Assembly (NCBI RefSeq): GCF_003704095.1
Contig: NW_020846078.1
Coordinates: 186,001-250,000 of the forward strand
Direction of reading: 5' to 3'
DNA length: 64,000 nt
Source: Pocillopora damicornis
Taxonomy: Eukaryota
Part shown: piece by piece, positions 31,999-44,184 of the stretch
Numbering within the stretch: the first letter of the stretch is position 1
How the letters are laid out: the number at the start of each line of letters is the position of its first letter
Position numbers and translations under genes: made by a program
Notes under the pieces: model-generated
What the model was told of the DNA's origin: nothing
Seen by the model: only the letters and a program-made list of their open reading frames with translations
Databases searched by the model: none

Positions 31999-34900
31999 CT
32001 AATTAACATAGTCTAGTGGTCTGTTGAACCCTCCTCTTCTGTTCATGTATTGTCTGTTGAAGAAGAAGCAACACAAAATGAATATGATACAGTCAACCTT
32101 CAGAAAAATGCAAAAGAAAAAATCTGCTCAATTCTCCTGGGAGCCAAATATTTGTTTTGCAATGATCCTCTCTTCTACCAAGGGAAATATTAATTCTTGA
32201 AACCCTTGGGGTGACCAACACATAATTTCTCCTTACAGTAATAGTATTTTCTCCTTACAGTTATACTTCTTTCCTCTTTTATCAAATCATTCATTGAGAT
32301 CATGAGAATATAGGAAATAATCACTAACGTCAGAAGCCTTTATTGTAAAAAAAAATTCTCTATGTCAATACCAAAGGAAATGTATAGACAAAAGTATGGA
32401 AAATATGGATACTGATGTTAGGGTGAAAAGGATTTATTGTTGCTTGATCAATGTGACTCATGATTCTTTCTTCTACTTGCAACAGAATCATGTTATATCA
32501 AGAGTAAAATCCTCTTTCTGATGAACTTCAGCATTCTTATTACCTGTTTCCAGGATAATGTACTGATAGTGCAAGGAGAAATTACATGTTGAACACACAG
32601 GCCAGTTGTTAAGGGTTAAAATATTAAAATAAGAAGACATTAGACTTATACTTGTATGCAGTTACCTGTATTTGTTAGCTTTTTTTACACTGGAGTAGCT
32701 TGAATTACATGCTCCTGCCACATGTTTACCCTGGAAGGTAACACACAATCATTGTTTAAGTCTTTTAGTTTGCTTTCTTGTGAAGAAATGCCTCTAGTTA
32801 CTGTCAAACCTAGATTATCCGGACCTCAATTATCTGGACCTTGATTATCTGGACTTGCTCTGGTCCCATTATCTACGACCATTTATATTCATATTTTCAG
32901 CTAACTGCACTCTCCATGATCCAAACTTTTAAGCCCAGTACCCACAAGTCAAGATAATCGAGGTTTGACCCTATTAGGTACTAAGTTAAAACAACTGGTG
33001 TATTGAAGATCACAACAACCTTAGTTGAATCAAAATTGGAGAATCCCATCATTTTCATCATGGCCTCTTCATCTTCATTAGGAATCTCTTCAACATCTGA
33101 GAAGGAAAGAGATGCATAACTCATAAATGGGAAATAATCATAATGACAAGTGTAAAGGATCACTGATGTTTAATGCCAACTGAAGGACAGATTATGCAAT
33201 GTCCTGGTTACATTAAATGATACTATTATTGAATAACACAGGGTTGTCATCAAACAATGTTATAGATGCATGATCTGTACTGAGTAGGTGGCTTAATTGA
33301 ATTATGTTTGTGTAGCAAGCATGGCATGTTGGAAAGCAAACTGCCTGTCTAGGGGGGTCTGAAAAAAATGTAAAATTTGAAACTCTCTAAAGTGCGATGT
33401 CTAGCATCCTGGACAATATTTGAGTAACTTTTTTTAAGCCAGACACTAGTGTTAGAATCAGTTCAAAAGTACTCATTTTCTGTCTAATCACAATTTACAA
33501 AATAGCTGGTGCAATAATTGGTCAGACAGCTGGCAGTTTCTGCAATCTACTGGGTTCTAATGACAACTCTGTAACAATTCCATTTCAAGGAGTGTTCAGT
33601 CTGTGATAAAATTACCTTAATTTGAAAAAAAATCTGTAAAAAACAGACTGGTAGAGAATTAAAAAAATCACCAACAAAGGGACATTCTCAGCACTGACCA
33701 AAAAAAGGAACATATTAACACGAGTTGAGAGAATTTACCTTCTGATGTCATGGGTTAAAGGTCTAAGAGTATGTCCATACCTACTGTGGCTTCTGCTCTT
33801 TTGTCGCCCTCTGTTGGTGTATCATTTTTATCTGTCTTCCTTTTCTCTGCAGACCTGACCACAACAGAAATAATTATCCAATTTAGAATCACTACTTTAG
33901 CCATTCTTAGATCAGGGGAAACAAAGGTTAGATGAGGAGGTAACAATAAGGAGAAAATCGGCTTTTGTTATTTTAAAGCAGGAGGTTAAAATCCGCTCAC
34001 TGTGAGTTAATGGGTTTCAAACTAATTTTTATATGAATACTTAACAGTACAGTCTGCACTTGAGCCAAGTAACTCATTCAGCCAGCGCTTAATCATCCTA
34101 GATTCTGTAGCATGAAGCAATTCTAAGCATTGCTTCTCCCACAAAATGGGATGCTTGTCCAATACCCATTTATACTCCTGGGTGGAGGGAGAGACACCAT
34201 GAAAGTAGTGTCTTGCCCAAGAACACAATACAATGACCCGGCTATGTCTCCAAAGCAGACCTCTGGACCCTGAGTCCAGTATGTTAACCCTTTAATCTCT
34301 GTGAGTGACTAGCATCTAATTTCTCCTTTTAATTTTAATCATGAATCAAACATCAATGTCATGAGAATAAAGGAAATGATAATCAACTGAAGAACCTCTT
34401 GATTGTTAAACAAGTTCTCCTTGCCAGCACCTTAGGACATGTATAGAGAACAGTAGAGAGAATATGCACACTGATGTTAGGGTGTAAAGGGTTAACCATT
34501 AAGCCAGCACATCTCCAATTTAATACACTTTACGTAGGTAAATATCACTTTGATACAATCATACAAAAAATATAATATAGGGGCTTTTAAAGCACCAGGA
34601 ACACAGATTTGTCAAACACTCACCTTGAACGTGATCTTTTGGAGCGCCTAGGTGATGATGATCTAATAGAATCATAAAACCACAATTTGTAAACTGAACA
34701 AGTATAAACGAGTCCCAATATTTAAAGAAATTTTCCTGGAAATCTTCATCTCAGGGGCAAAAGTTGTTGTCATATAGTCAAAAAACTGGATTTGAAGTCG
34801 TTCCCCCAGCATGATAAAATGAAAATAAAATCAATATACTCAAATATGAAGTTGACATAAATCAAAATCAGTGTAAAATATCTTCAGTTTTGTCTCCCTA

Positions 34901-37900
34901 TGGCCAAGGGTTGCCTTCATTCCTAACTTTTCAAGGCCCTTTCTTTAGCATATGACTATTGGCATATTCTTATATTTTGCCTCACCTGGACCTCCTTCTC
35001 CTTGGAGACTGTGATCTGCAAATAGGGTAACAAAGAATTAGTAATCAACTAATATTGCAAGCCAGTTGATGAGTACTTTTTTTTATTACTAAGTGCATGA
35101 AATTTGTAACAGTGGTGGGTTTTAGGCTTGCATAACTGCTGATCAAGAGCTCAGCCTGGTTTCAGAAGCAAGAAGTATAGTATCCTTATTCCTATTGCAG
35201 AAACTGGATAGAGTATTAGACCATCACATGGAACCCATATAGAAATTTTTAAGTTTCCCAGACAGTTTCCTGGTTTCCATTTCTACTCCTGAATGGCAGA
35301 ATTCAAAGTAAATCACACAGTCAGAAATCACACAATCAGAGCTTGAATGTGAATCTCTGAAACCTGTGTCCAGCATGTGAACCATCATAAAGCCATGATT
35401 TCCGTTGGCAAACCTAAAATTATTCACAAAGGGGTTGCTGTCATTCTGTAAAAAAGACTGGTCTTTAATATACCACTGTATCTAGCACTGAAAAAGGTTA
35501 AAGCCATCTAGATTAACCTGATTTGCCCATGTCCTCAAACCTGAAATAAACATTTTAACATGATATTGACTTTACCAAAAATTATTGTAGGTCAAAGAGG
35601 AGTACTGGGAAACCCACACCCCCTCTCCCCTCCCTAATGACCGATTCTGTGTTGACTCAACTTGTGGATAATTTGTGAAAAAACTTTACATAACAGCAGA
35701 TACTTTGTCTGTTCTTCAAAACATACCAAGTGGATATATGATGGACAGCATTATCCACACATTGAAAAACCATGGCGTAGGTGATATTCATGGCTTTAAA
35801 CACTTGTTGTAAGCCACTCAAGTGGCTAGAAGAATCAAGAGATACTTCAGTGTTAAATATGAATAGCTGGCTTAAAAGTAAACTGCCAGTTGCAACAATA
35901 AGGTTAAATTTAGAGAGAAATAATTCAGGAAAGGAACTTTTTTAAAGTACAATTCCTTCTTTTATGTCCTATATCTGGCAAAAAATATCTGAGAATGAAA
36001 AAAGGTGTAAGGCACTCAGTTCAAGATAACCTAACTTAATTGGCAATGTAAAGAATGCAACTAGTTACAAAGGTTTGATCGAAAAATGTGAATTCATATC
36101 GTTTGTTTGCCAGTCTTTTCATTTCCACTCTTTCAGGTAGCAAGTTGGCATAATTTTGTCCTACACTTACCAAATAGTTTTGTAGCTTCTAGGTTAAAAA
36201 CAACCAGCATAGGACCTGGTGCTATATGACTTAATACCTCATGGTACATGTAAGGACAGCATTTAAAGATATTAAACTCATAATGAAGGCAGTATAAGAG
36301 ATGATGCATTTGCAAGACTGTCTGCCTCTCTCTTTCATGGTTGGGGTTCAACTTAGTCATTTCTAGGTTAAGCACCATCTTCATTTTTATCTGTGCTGTG
36401 ATAAGTTTTACTTAGAATCTCCAGTTTCCCTCCATTAAAGACAAAAAGGGAAAGATTTACATAGAAAGAGATTCTATATGTAGTTCTGCCAGTGTAAAAT
36501 CGTATTCAACTACAAATTAAAATGTATTTACCTTCTGTGTCTTCTTGGGGAAGGGGATCTAAAACAAAAGAGGAAGAAGATTTAATTTGGAGAAAACATA
36601 CATTCAAACCTCTCTTCTTTACCACTTTTTACAAGTGACTACCTCATTTCCAAATCACAATTTTTTCTTTTGAATACACTGTGTTAAAAAACTCCTATTA
36701 AATACCCCTCAGAGATGACCATGACTGAAAACTTTTATGTGCACTATGAGTAAGCTTTTTAGGTTAATATGGATCTTAACATTTAAAATGGTGTGTCCTT
36801 GTCTCTAAAAACCATGATACTATTAGCCTACATCCATTCAGATGCAAAAAAAAGAGAGAGGGAATGAGGCCCTTATTGATAAACATTTATTCCTAAAGCT
36901 TGGTCAATAAAAGATTTTTTTAACATGCTTAACAAGGTTGTCAAAAAGCGCCGGCTACTTTTTCATTTGTGCCGGCTACAGTTTGTCAGTTAAAAAAAGA
37001 AAAAGGAGAAAGAAAACATAAGGAAAAAAGCAAGGTTTTGAATCTACTGAAACCAAGAATGAAGTGCCTCATATTGTGGAGTAATGATAAAGAAAAGAAA
37101 ATGCAACAAAACAAGAATCGGAAATACTGTAGTGTTTTGTATTTCAGAACGCTTCTCAGTGATTTTCACGAGATGTAATCCGATACCCGCCAACACAACT
37201 AGATGCAAAATGATTGCCTGTAGTTTTCTGTGAACTCACTGATGCTTGATACTAATTTGGTATCTCGCTTAAAAACTAAATGGGAAATAATCTTAAACTA
37301 GCACTTTCTGAGTCATTTGCACTTTAATACAATTCTGAAATTCACCATTGTTTTGATAAGCAACATCACGTCAAATAATTTCTCATGGTCAAAATACGAT
37401 AAAGATTTCAAGTTGTACCAATGGCAAGATAGCAACGGTATTTTTGAGTCATAGGAAAAATCGAAAGAAGATGGAATCCTGTTTGAAACCAGTAGTCTCT
37501 TTCAATTCTACACTAACTGTACACTTTGCAGGAAAGCACTGGTACTCCAAATTTTTTTTCTTTCACAAACAAATTTGTGCTGTGTGTCACATGTGACTAC
37601 TAAACTGACTGACTGACTGACACATGACTACTAAATTGTTTTTTTGAACTCACTAATAAAAATGATTAAATCTTCTTAGAGAGGTAAAAGGAATGTTAAC
37701 TGTTGCCAGTTAGAATAGTGCAAACATATAAAAATTGCTTCAAGGAGAGGCAATTTCAGCTGGTGGAAAAACCCTACATTCGTTTTGCTTCAGGCGCCAC
37801 TTCCCCTGTACCCTGCTGGGGGCCTTGGCAGCTCCCAGACCCCCCACCTAGCATGGGAGGCCTCTGGCCCCCAGTGCTGCCTACTTTCTTACATTCTCCT

Positions 37901-39641
37901 TCTACTTCAAATCTTTTTGACAACTCTGCTTAAAGTATTTCACCAAATAATTGCTAATTATAAAAATAATATCAAACACATTAGAGCTTTCTTTGATTTG
38001 GATATACATAGATGTGTTTAAGACTCTTTTGTTACCCAAACTGCCCAAAACATTTCTTCACATGATAAAAAAAAGTTGGTCAAAAGTTTTGAAGTATGTG
38101 ATTAAGCTATATGTAGGTAACAGGATTAATGTTGATAATTAGGTGGGCACTCTGTAAGCCAATTAAAACATAAGACTCCCTTTATCATGCCTGCTTGCAA
38201 ATCCAACCATATGATTTATCTCCATTGCTTGAAATTGTCTAACTGTCTTAACCTCCAAGAAGCAAGATAATTTTATAAGCCTTTCAAAATGATATGGGAT
38301 TCTCATTGTGATGTTCTACTGGTTCAGAAACCATAAATATAAAGTATTTAGGGTTAACACATGCATTTGAAAATTGATTAGACTCCAAAGTGAAAACAAT
38401 CTATGACCTAAAATTAAGAGCCTACAATGTACAGTTCAACTTCTCATAGAAAATGACCAGTGGTGAGTGACAGCAAGGGTATTTACTTACAGAAGGTTTG
38501 GCTGCCTACTCCTAATATTGCATTTAATTAACAACACATACTGTGTTTAATGTTTATCTTTGATTAAGATATTTTTCATAGTGGTATATGATAACAGTTT
38601 AATGCAACACAGGAAATAAAAATCTGAACCACAAATATCCAAGGCTTTTTCAAGACAAAATCGTCTCCACTTAATCACAAAACTGTCATGCTGACAAACT
38701 AAAATTATGCATCTGTCACTGCACCTTGAAAAAGAGCGATGTCTTCGTCGCTTTGGTGACCTGGATCTGCTTCGTCTGCGATCTACTAATGAAATGGCCA
38801 TATGTAAGCAAGGTGAATTTAAATAGTGTTGATCCACAAGATGAAATTTTAAAATCTCACTCTAACATTAGATTTAGCCATTCAAGGAACAAATGTCTTA
38901 TTTCAATTCTGGTGTTAAGGGCCCTTGTTTCTTGTTTTAAATTTCTTGATTAAAAAGAAAACATCAAAAACAATTTCAATTCCCCATTTCTAGAAATACT
39001 TCACATAAGGAAGATTAACCAAGATTTCTTGTGTCCAAAATCATTCTTATACTTTAACCCTTTACACTCGAACATCAACATCCATATTCTCTATACTCTT
39101 CTCTATACATTTCCTTTGGTACTGACAAGGAGAATTCTTTTAACAATCACACTTCTTAGATTGGTGATCATTTTCCTTTATCCTTGTGATCTTAATGACT
39201 GATTCAGCAGTATAATTGTAAGGAGAACTTAGATTCTGGTCTAACTCTTAGGGGTTTAAGGGTGAACACGTTTTACATTTTTTTTAACCCTTATTTGAGG
39301 ACCAATTTCCTTTTTTAATTTCAAAATGACGATCACATTTCTAACTTTCTGAGAAAAGAACTTAGCTCCAGTGTCCAAAGAGCTGATCTTAAGCAGAACT
39401 AACCAATTTGGCTACTTACCATCTTTTCTTCGTTCTTTTGAACGTGATCGACTACGTCTACGTTCTGTAAAAACTGTCAAAGTAGGATATGAAAGCATAA
39501 CGCTGAAGAGAGCTTTATTTCTTTCAATTACGATTACAAATAATTCCTCTTCTCAGTTGAGAAACAAAAAAAAAATACTTGATGTTTTCGAGACTTACCT
39601 CTGCCACGGGGAGAGCGGCTACGACTTCTACTCCGCGGCAT
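31999..39641 (-). CDS. SNRNP27: U4/U6.U5 small nuclear ribonucleoprotein 27 kDa protein
   Basis: Exons 39641-39599, 39464-39420, 38785-38725, 36558-36532, 35015-34986, 34662-34624, 33854-33781, 33096-33020, 32730-32666, 32053-31999. RS-rich N-terminus; C-terminal EAMMKMMGFSNFDSTKGKHV...KYRQYMNRRGGFNRPLDYVN*. Confidence 0.96.
32801..32971. mobile_element. Tc1/mariner (pogo/Tigger-like) MITE
   Basis: TA|CTGTCAAACCTAGATTATC...GATAATCGAGGTTTGACCC|TA with three 15-bp ATTATC(C/T)GGAC subterminal repeats. Confidence 0.7.
33239..33571. mobile_element. Non-autonomous hAT5-like element, 5-bp TSD
   Basis: TAACA|CAGGGTTGTCAT...ATGACAACTCTG|TAACA. Confidence 0.75.
34050..34517 (-). mobile_element. tRNA-derived SINE interrupted by a subfamily-B TTAA-MITE (34288-34491)
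   Basis: Minus strand reads TGGCTTAATGGTTAA[MITE]CATACTGGACTC...TTCTTGGGCAAGACAC...CCCAGGAGTATAAATGGGTA; related SINE copy at ~62300-62550; TTAA at 34284-87 and 34492-95. Confidence 0.75.
36933..37928. mobile_element. ~1-kb non-autonomous hAT5-like element, 5-bp TSD
   Basis: CTTAA|CAAGGTTGTCAAAAAG...CTTTTTGACAACTCTG|CTTAA. Confidence 0.75.
39058..39262. mobile_element. TTAA-MITE subfamily B
   Basis: TTAA-CCCTTTACAC...GGGGTTTAAGGG; matches the outer element at 52992-53402. Confidence 0.75.
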
Positions 39642-42600
39642 ACCTTTAGATAATATCCTTAGCTAACTAGAATTAAGAGTAACGTACTCAAACCTGCGAT
39701 GAATCGAAACGTTTTTGAAAATTTTATAAAACGACAAAGGGTCGTGGAAACATCAAAGATACACGAGCTGAAGGCTCGCATTTGGACTAGCGGTTACTTA
39801 CTTCAAACTTATGTGTACGCCTATTTTCAGAACACCTCATGTATTACGGGCTCATATATAGGCATCATCAGCTGACAGAGCAAAGACGACTGGGAGCACA
39901 ATCAAATCACAATTTTCGTAACCTACCTCCGACTCATAAAGCTAAAACCTTGTGAAGCTCTCTACAAGCGAACTAGACCCTGTGAGTAGGGTAACTGGGA
40001 TACCTGGGTGGTACTGGATCCTTGGAATCAAGTGTAGTGATACTACGGGTGTCGAACTAGTATACTGAAATAGTGAGCTCAAGTCTAGCCAAGGGCATAC
40101 ATCTATTTCAAAACATAGGCATGCTATGCATGCAAGAGTTATTTTTTGTAGGCTGGGTGGATTACTTGAAATATTGTAAGTGGTCTACATTCTTACAAAA
40201 GGAAAGAAGAGTATTAACGCGGAAAAGAACGAAAATGTCGAATTACCTTACACACAGGTATTTTGTGGTAGATTGTGTGTGTTGTGCGAATAAATGTAAC
40301 CAAAAATTAACTGTATTGGTGCCACGGATACCTGTTAGTACAAAATGCAGACAGTAGACCAGATACGAAATATAGACTGCAGAATGCAGAGTCGGCACAA
40401 AATGCAGACTGAGAATCTGAAGAGTTTTTACGTCTGGTATATAATAACATGTTATCTTGCAGCTTACCGAGCGTCACGCAATCGCTTTTCCGCGATCAGC
40501 CTTCACGATTATTTGCACTATTGTGGAAAATTCCTGGCCCATTTCTTGATGAAAATCGATCGTAATATAATTTCGTAAGCCTTCAATATAGTCTTCTTAC
40601 TTTGCGCGCGAGTTGGTTGGTGTGATGTCTGTACAGATTTTACCAACGTAATAAAAGTAGATTACGTGAATAACAGTGATGGTAAAGCAAGCTTAAAACG
40701 GCAGAAATCGCCAGAAACTACAACGGATACACAGGGTATGAGTAATTTTTATTGATTTTACGAGAAAAATGTTCATATTTCGAAATATTTATCGTTGTAA
40801 ATCGACTATATTTCGTTTCCTGTACTATTGTTTATAACGTGTTCAAATTTTCAACGGTTCCTCTCGTAACTTAACACTGAGTCACACAACGCGTGACGCG
40901 TTCATGAATTAATCGTTGGCTTTTTCTCGAGGCGTGAGCATGGGCCGCCTGTGACAAGACAATTGCTTAAACAATACTTAACATAGTAACATTATACACA
41001 AAAAACACAGGATTTTGGATCATGTACTTATTAAAAAGGAATATCCATACAACTACAATGAAAACAAACATAAAATTAACCTTTCTGATCGTGAAATATT
41101 GAAGAAATGTAAAATGGTTTCCGTGTTTACATAGCCTGATGTAAACACTTGGGAGGTTGGGAGAACACGAGATAAGCGTAGTGGTTTCCATTTTACATTT
41201 CTTTTATAAAATAACTAATGAAAAAGGAACGAAAACCGTGTTTACATACGCTCATATAAAATGGTTTAATGGCCAATCAGAGCGCGCGTACTATTTGAAT
41301 TATTTTATAAAATATATATATAAACTCATTTAGTCAGTTAAGGCGGACGACCAGAGACTGGAGCCATTCGTGTATTTCACCGCAGACAGGAATGGCTCCA
41401 ACTCATGCGTATATTAATTTTTTTTTCGTTCTGGCTAAATAATTCATACACTGAGATTAAAACTGAAAGAGCGATTTATTAGGTTCTTCTTAAGTTGAAG
41501 TCTACAGTGCTTGCAAATGAAGCCCTCTTTTCTTACTACAGGGCTTCCTAAGTTTTAAAATAATGCAGCAACTACATCTCACGTTTGGAAAATCACGCAA
41601 TGTTGCGTGACGCTGCGACCGATGTTTTNNNNNNNNNNNNNNNNNNNNNNNNNNNNNNNNNNNNNNNNNNNNNNNNNNNNNNNNNNNNNNNNNNNNNNNN
41701 NNNNNNNNNNNNNNNNNNNNNNNNNNNNNNNNNNNNNNNNNNNNNNNNNNNNNNNNNNNNNNNNNNNNNNNNNNNNNNNNNNNNNNNNNNNNNNNNNNNN
41801 NNNNNNNNNNNNNNNNNNNNNNNNNNNNNNNNNNNNNNNNNNNNNNNNNNNNNNNNNNNNNNNNNNNNNNNNNNNNNNNNNNNNNNNNNNNNNNNNNNNN
41901 NNNNNNNNNNNNNNNNNNNNNNNNNNNNNNNNNNNNNNNNNNNNNNNNNNNNNNNNNNNNNNNNNNNNNNNNNNNNNNNNNNNNNNNNNNNNNNNNNNNN
42001 NNCGCTGAACGACCTCGCTGAACAAGCTAGACTCTGCCTTCTCTTCATTATGTATGCCATTAAGTAGCCATTTCTTGTTTGACTCATCGGTGTTTTCACA
42101 TTGATATTTCATTGTTCCGCTTCGAGACACGCGGTTAACCATACTCACGTGTAAGGAGTTAAGATATAAGTTATTAACTTTTACTATTTTTATCATCCAA
42201 TCACAGGTCGGAGCCATTCCTGAATTTAGTCGCTTGTTTCACAAGCAGTTTGCATCCATTAGAGTTTTGTTCTTCAGTCTCACGGTAGTAGTGTTGTTCA
42301 GTAGATTGCATAGAGTATATGCAGTTTGGTTTCAGATTTCAGAATTTGCTTTTTACAACAAGTGTACGTTTTTCAACTAAGACGTTGGCATACTTGGCAT
42401 ACAAAGCATACAAGGCATTCAAGGCTTTCATAGCTTTCAAGCGTTCATGACTCAATCCGTTCCAAAATTACCGCTCAATAACATCTTTTAGTGTGGATTG
42501 ACCGCGAACAATACGACTTGTGTATGCGTCTGTAAGTATTTTGAGCGTTTGCACCATAATGCTCTAGGTGGTTGTAATCCATACACGTTGAAATACAAAA

Positions 42601-44184
42601 CGACAGACGAAAGAGTTTTACAAGCAAACATCTCGTGGTTCGTCATGTGACCCGGCCCTGTCCGTGCATGACAACGTCAATCATCATCAAGATAACACGC
42701 GTGATCAGCATGTGAACGGAGGAAAAAAAAAGACGACAAAAAAAAAGGCATTTTATGACTGGGCTACGACAGGTATCCCAGTAACAAAAATGGTCTTACA
42801 GCAATTAAGCTAGAATGAATCTGAATTATGCTACCTAACGAGTTTGGTTTCGGTCATTCAGTCATATGGCTTGGATTAGGGCGGGAGAAGGCACTAGAAT
42901 CGAGGAATGAGATAGATACAAGACCAGTGCTTGTATATGCAAGGCAAACCAAGCCTACGGAGCCACAAGTAAAAACGGAAAATTTTAAACGAGGTGGCTC
43001 TGAACTTTGTCGAATTGCATTACCCGTTGTCACAGTAATACATTTTTTACGTCACTCAGTCATGAGTCCGTCAATTAACAGAGTTGTTCTTAATATTCTT
43101 ACACCAATTTAGCATAAATCTACGAGCTTTCACTTACAGATGCTACAATCTGATTGGCTACGCTATATATTCTGTTAAAGATCATGGTTGTATACGCAAT
43201 AAAATCAAAACGTGAGCCTGTTTTTATTTTTTGGTGCATTTCTATTGGAACAATTAGTTTATTCTTTCTCAATTTCTTTGCGTGATATTAATTGGGGCAT
43301 CGCCCTCTTCAGGTATCACGCGATAGAATTTATCTCATAATTTAACCGTTGATTAGTTGATGAGTGACAGCTTTGAATAGTAAAGATGGAACATCGTACA
43401 AAAAAACCAAATTGTTGTACTACTGCCAATACTGACGCGGTGCCCTCTTGGCACCTAACTTCGGGTCATTGCATTTTTTCAAGCACTTGTTACGGTCTAA
43501 CTGCAATCATAAACACGGATCATTGTCCAGGCTCCACGATGTCGCCCAGAAGTGACAATTACTACCCAGGGGCAGTACTTATCAGAGTCAGTGCGACTTA
43601 AAGTTCTCTTTTGCGCAGAAACACCACACGCAGTTGGAGTAGATACTCTTTTTTCTTAGTAATAACTGACTCCTCTGAGAAAAGCCAAGCCATTTGCCAA
43701 GCTCAAGGTAATTTAAAGATAATTAATCATGTTGAAGTCCATGATGTAAAATTAATTTAATTTTATCGCGTTGAAACGCACTTCTAAGCTATGATAGTTT
43801 CTCTCCTTCACACATGTTTCCTTGGCACCCGTCCAGACATGACCTCGAAGTTATCTTTCCGCATGTTAATTTAAATAAGGAAGTTCAGATTACGGTAAAA
43901 CTTACAGAGAAAATATCGATCGGATTTCACATAGATAAACGGATTTATTCAGTATGATTTGTTTTGCCAACGGATCAACTTAATGATCTTAGTTCGTCAA
44001 CAGATTGAATTGATCCCTGCTGCGTTAGAAGACAAACAATGCGGCTTTATGTTACAATCTCGTGAGAAAACTTGGAAGTGTCTTGATTGAATTTTGTCTT
44101 CCAGGCCCCGTTGAAATAACTTACGAGTCTCACTGATCGCAAGATTAGACTGTTAAAGACAACGGATCTGATCTTCCTTTAATA

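Noticed and set aside
41579-42217. Long ORFs spanning N runs (also 17440-17673, 46707-47231, 47544-47738)
   Set aside because: Their length comes from gap characters translated as X.
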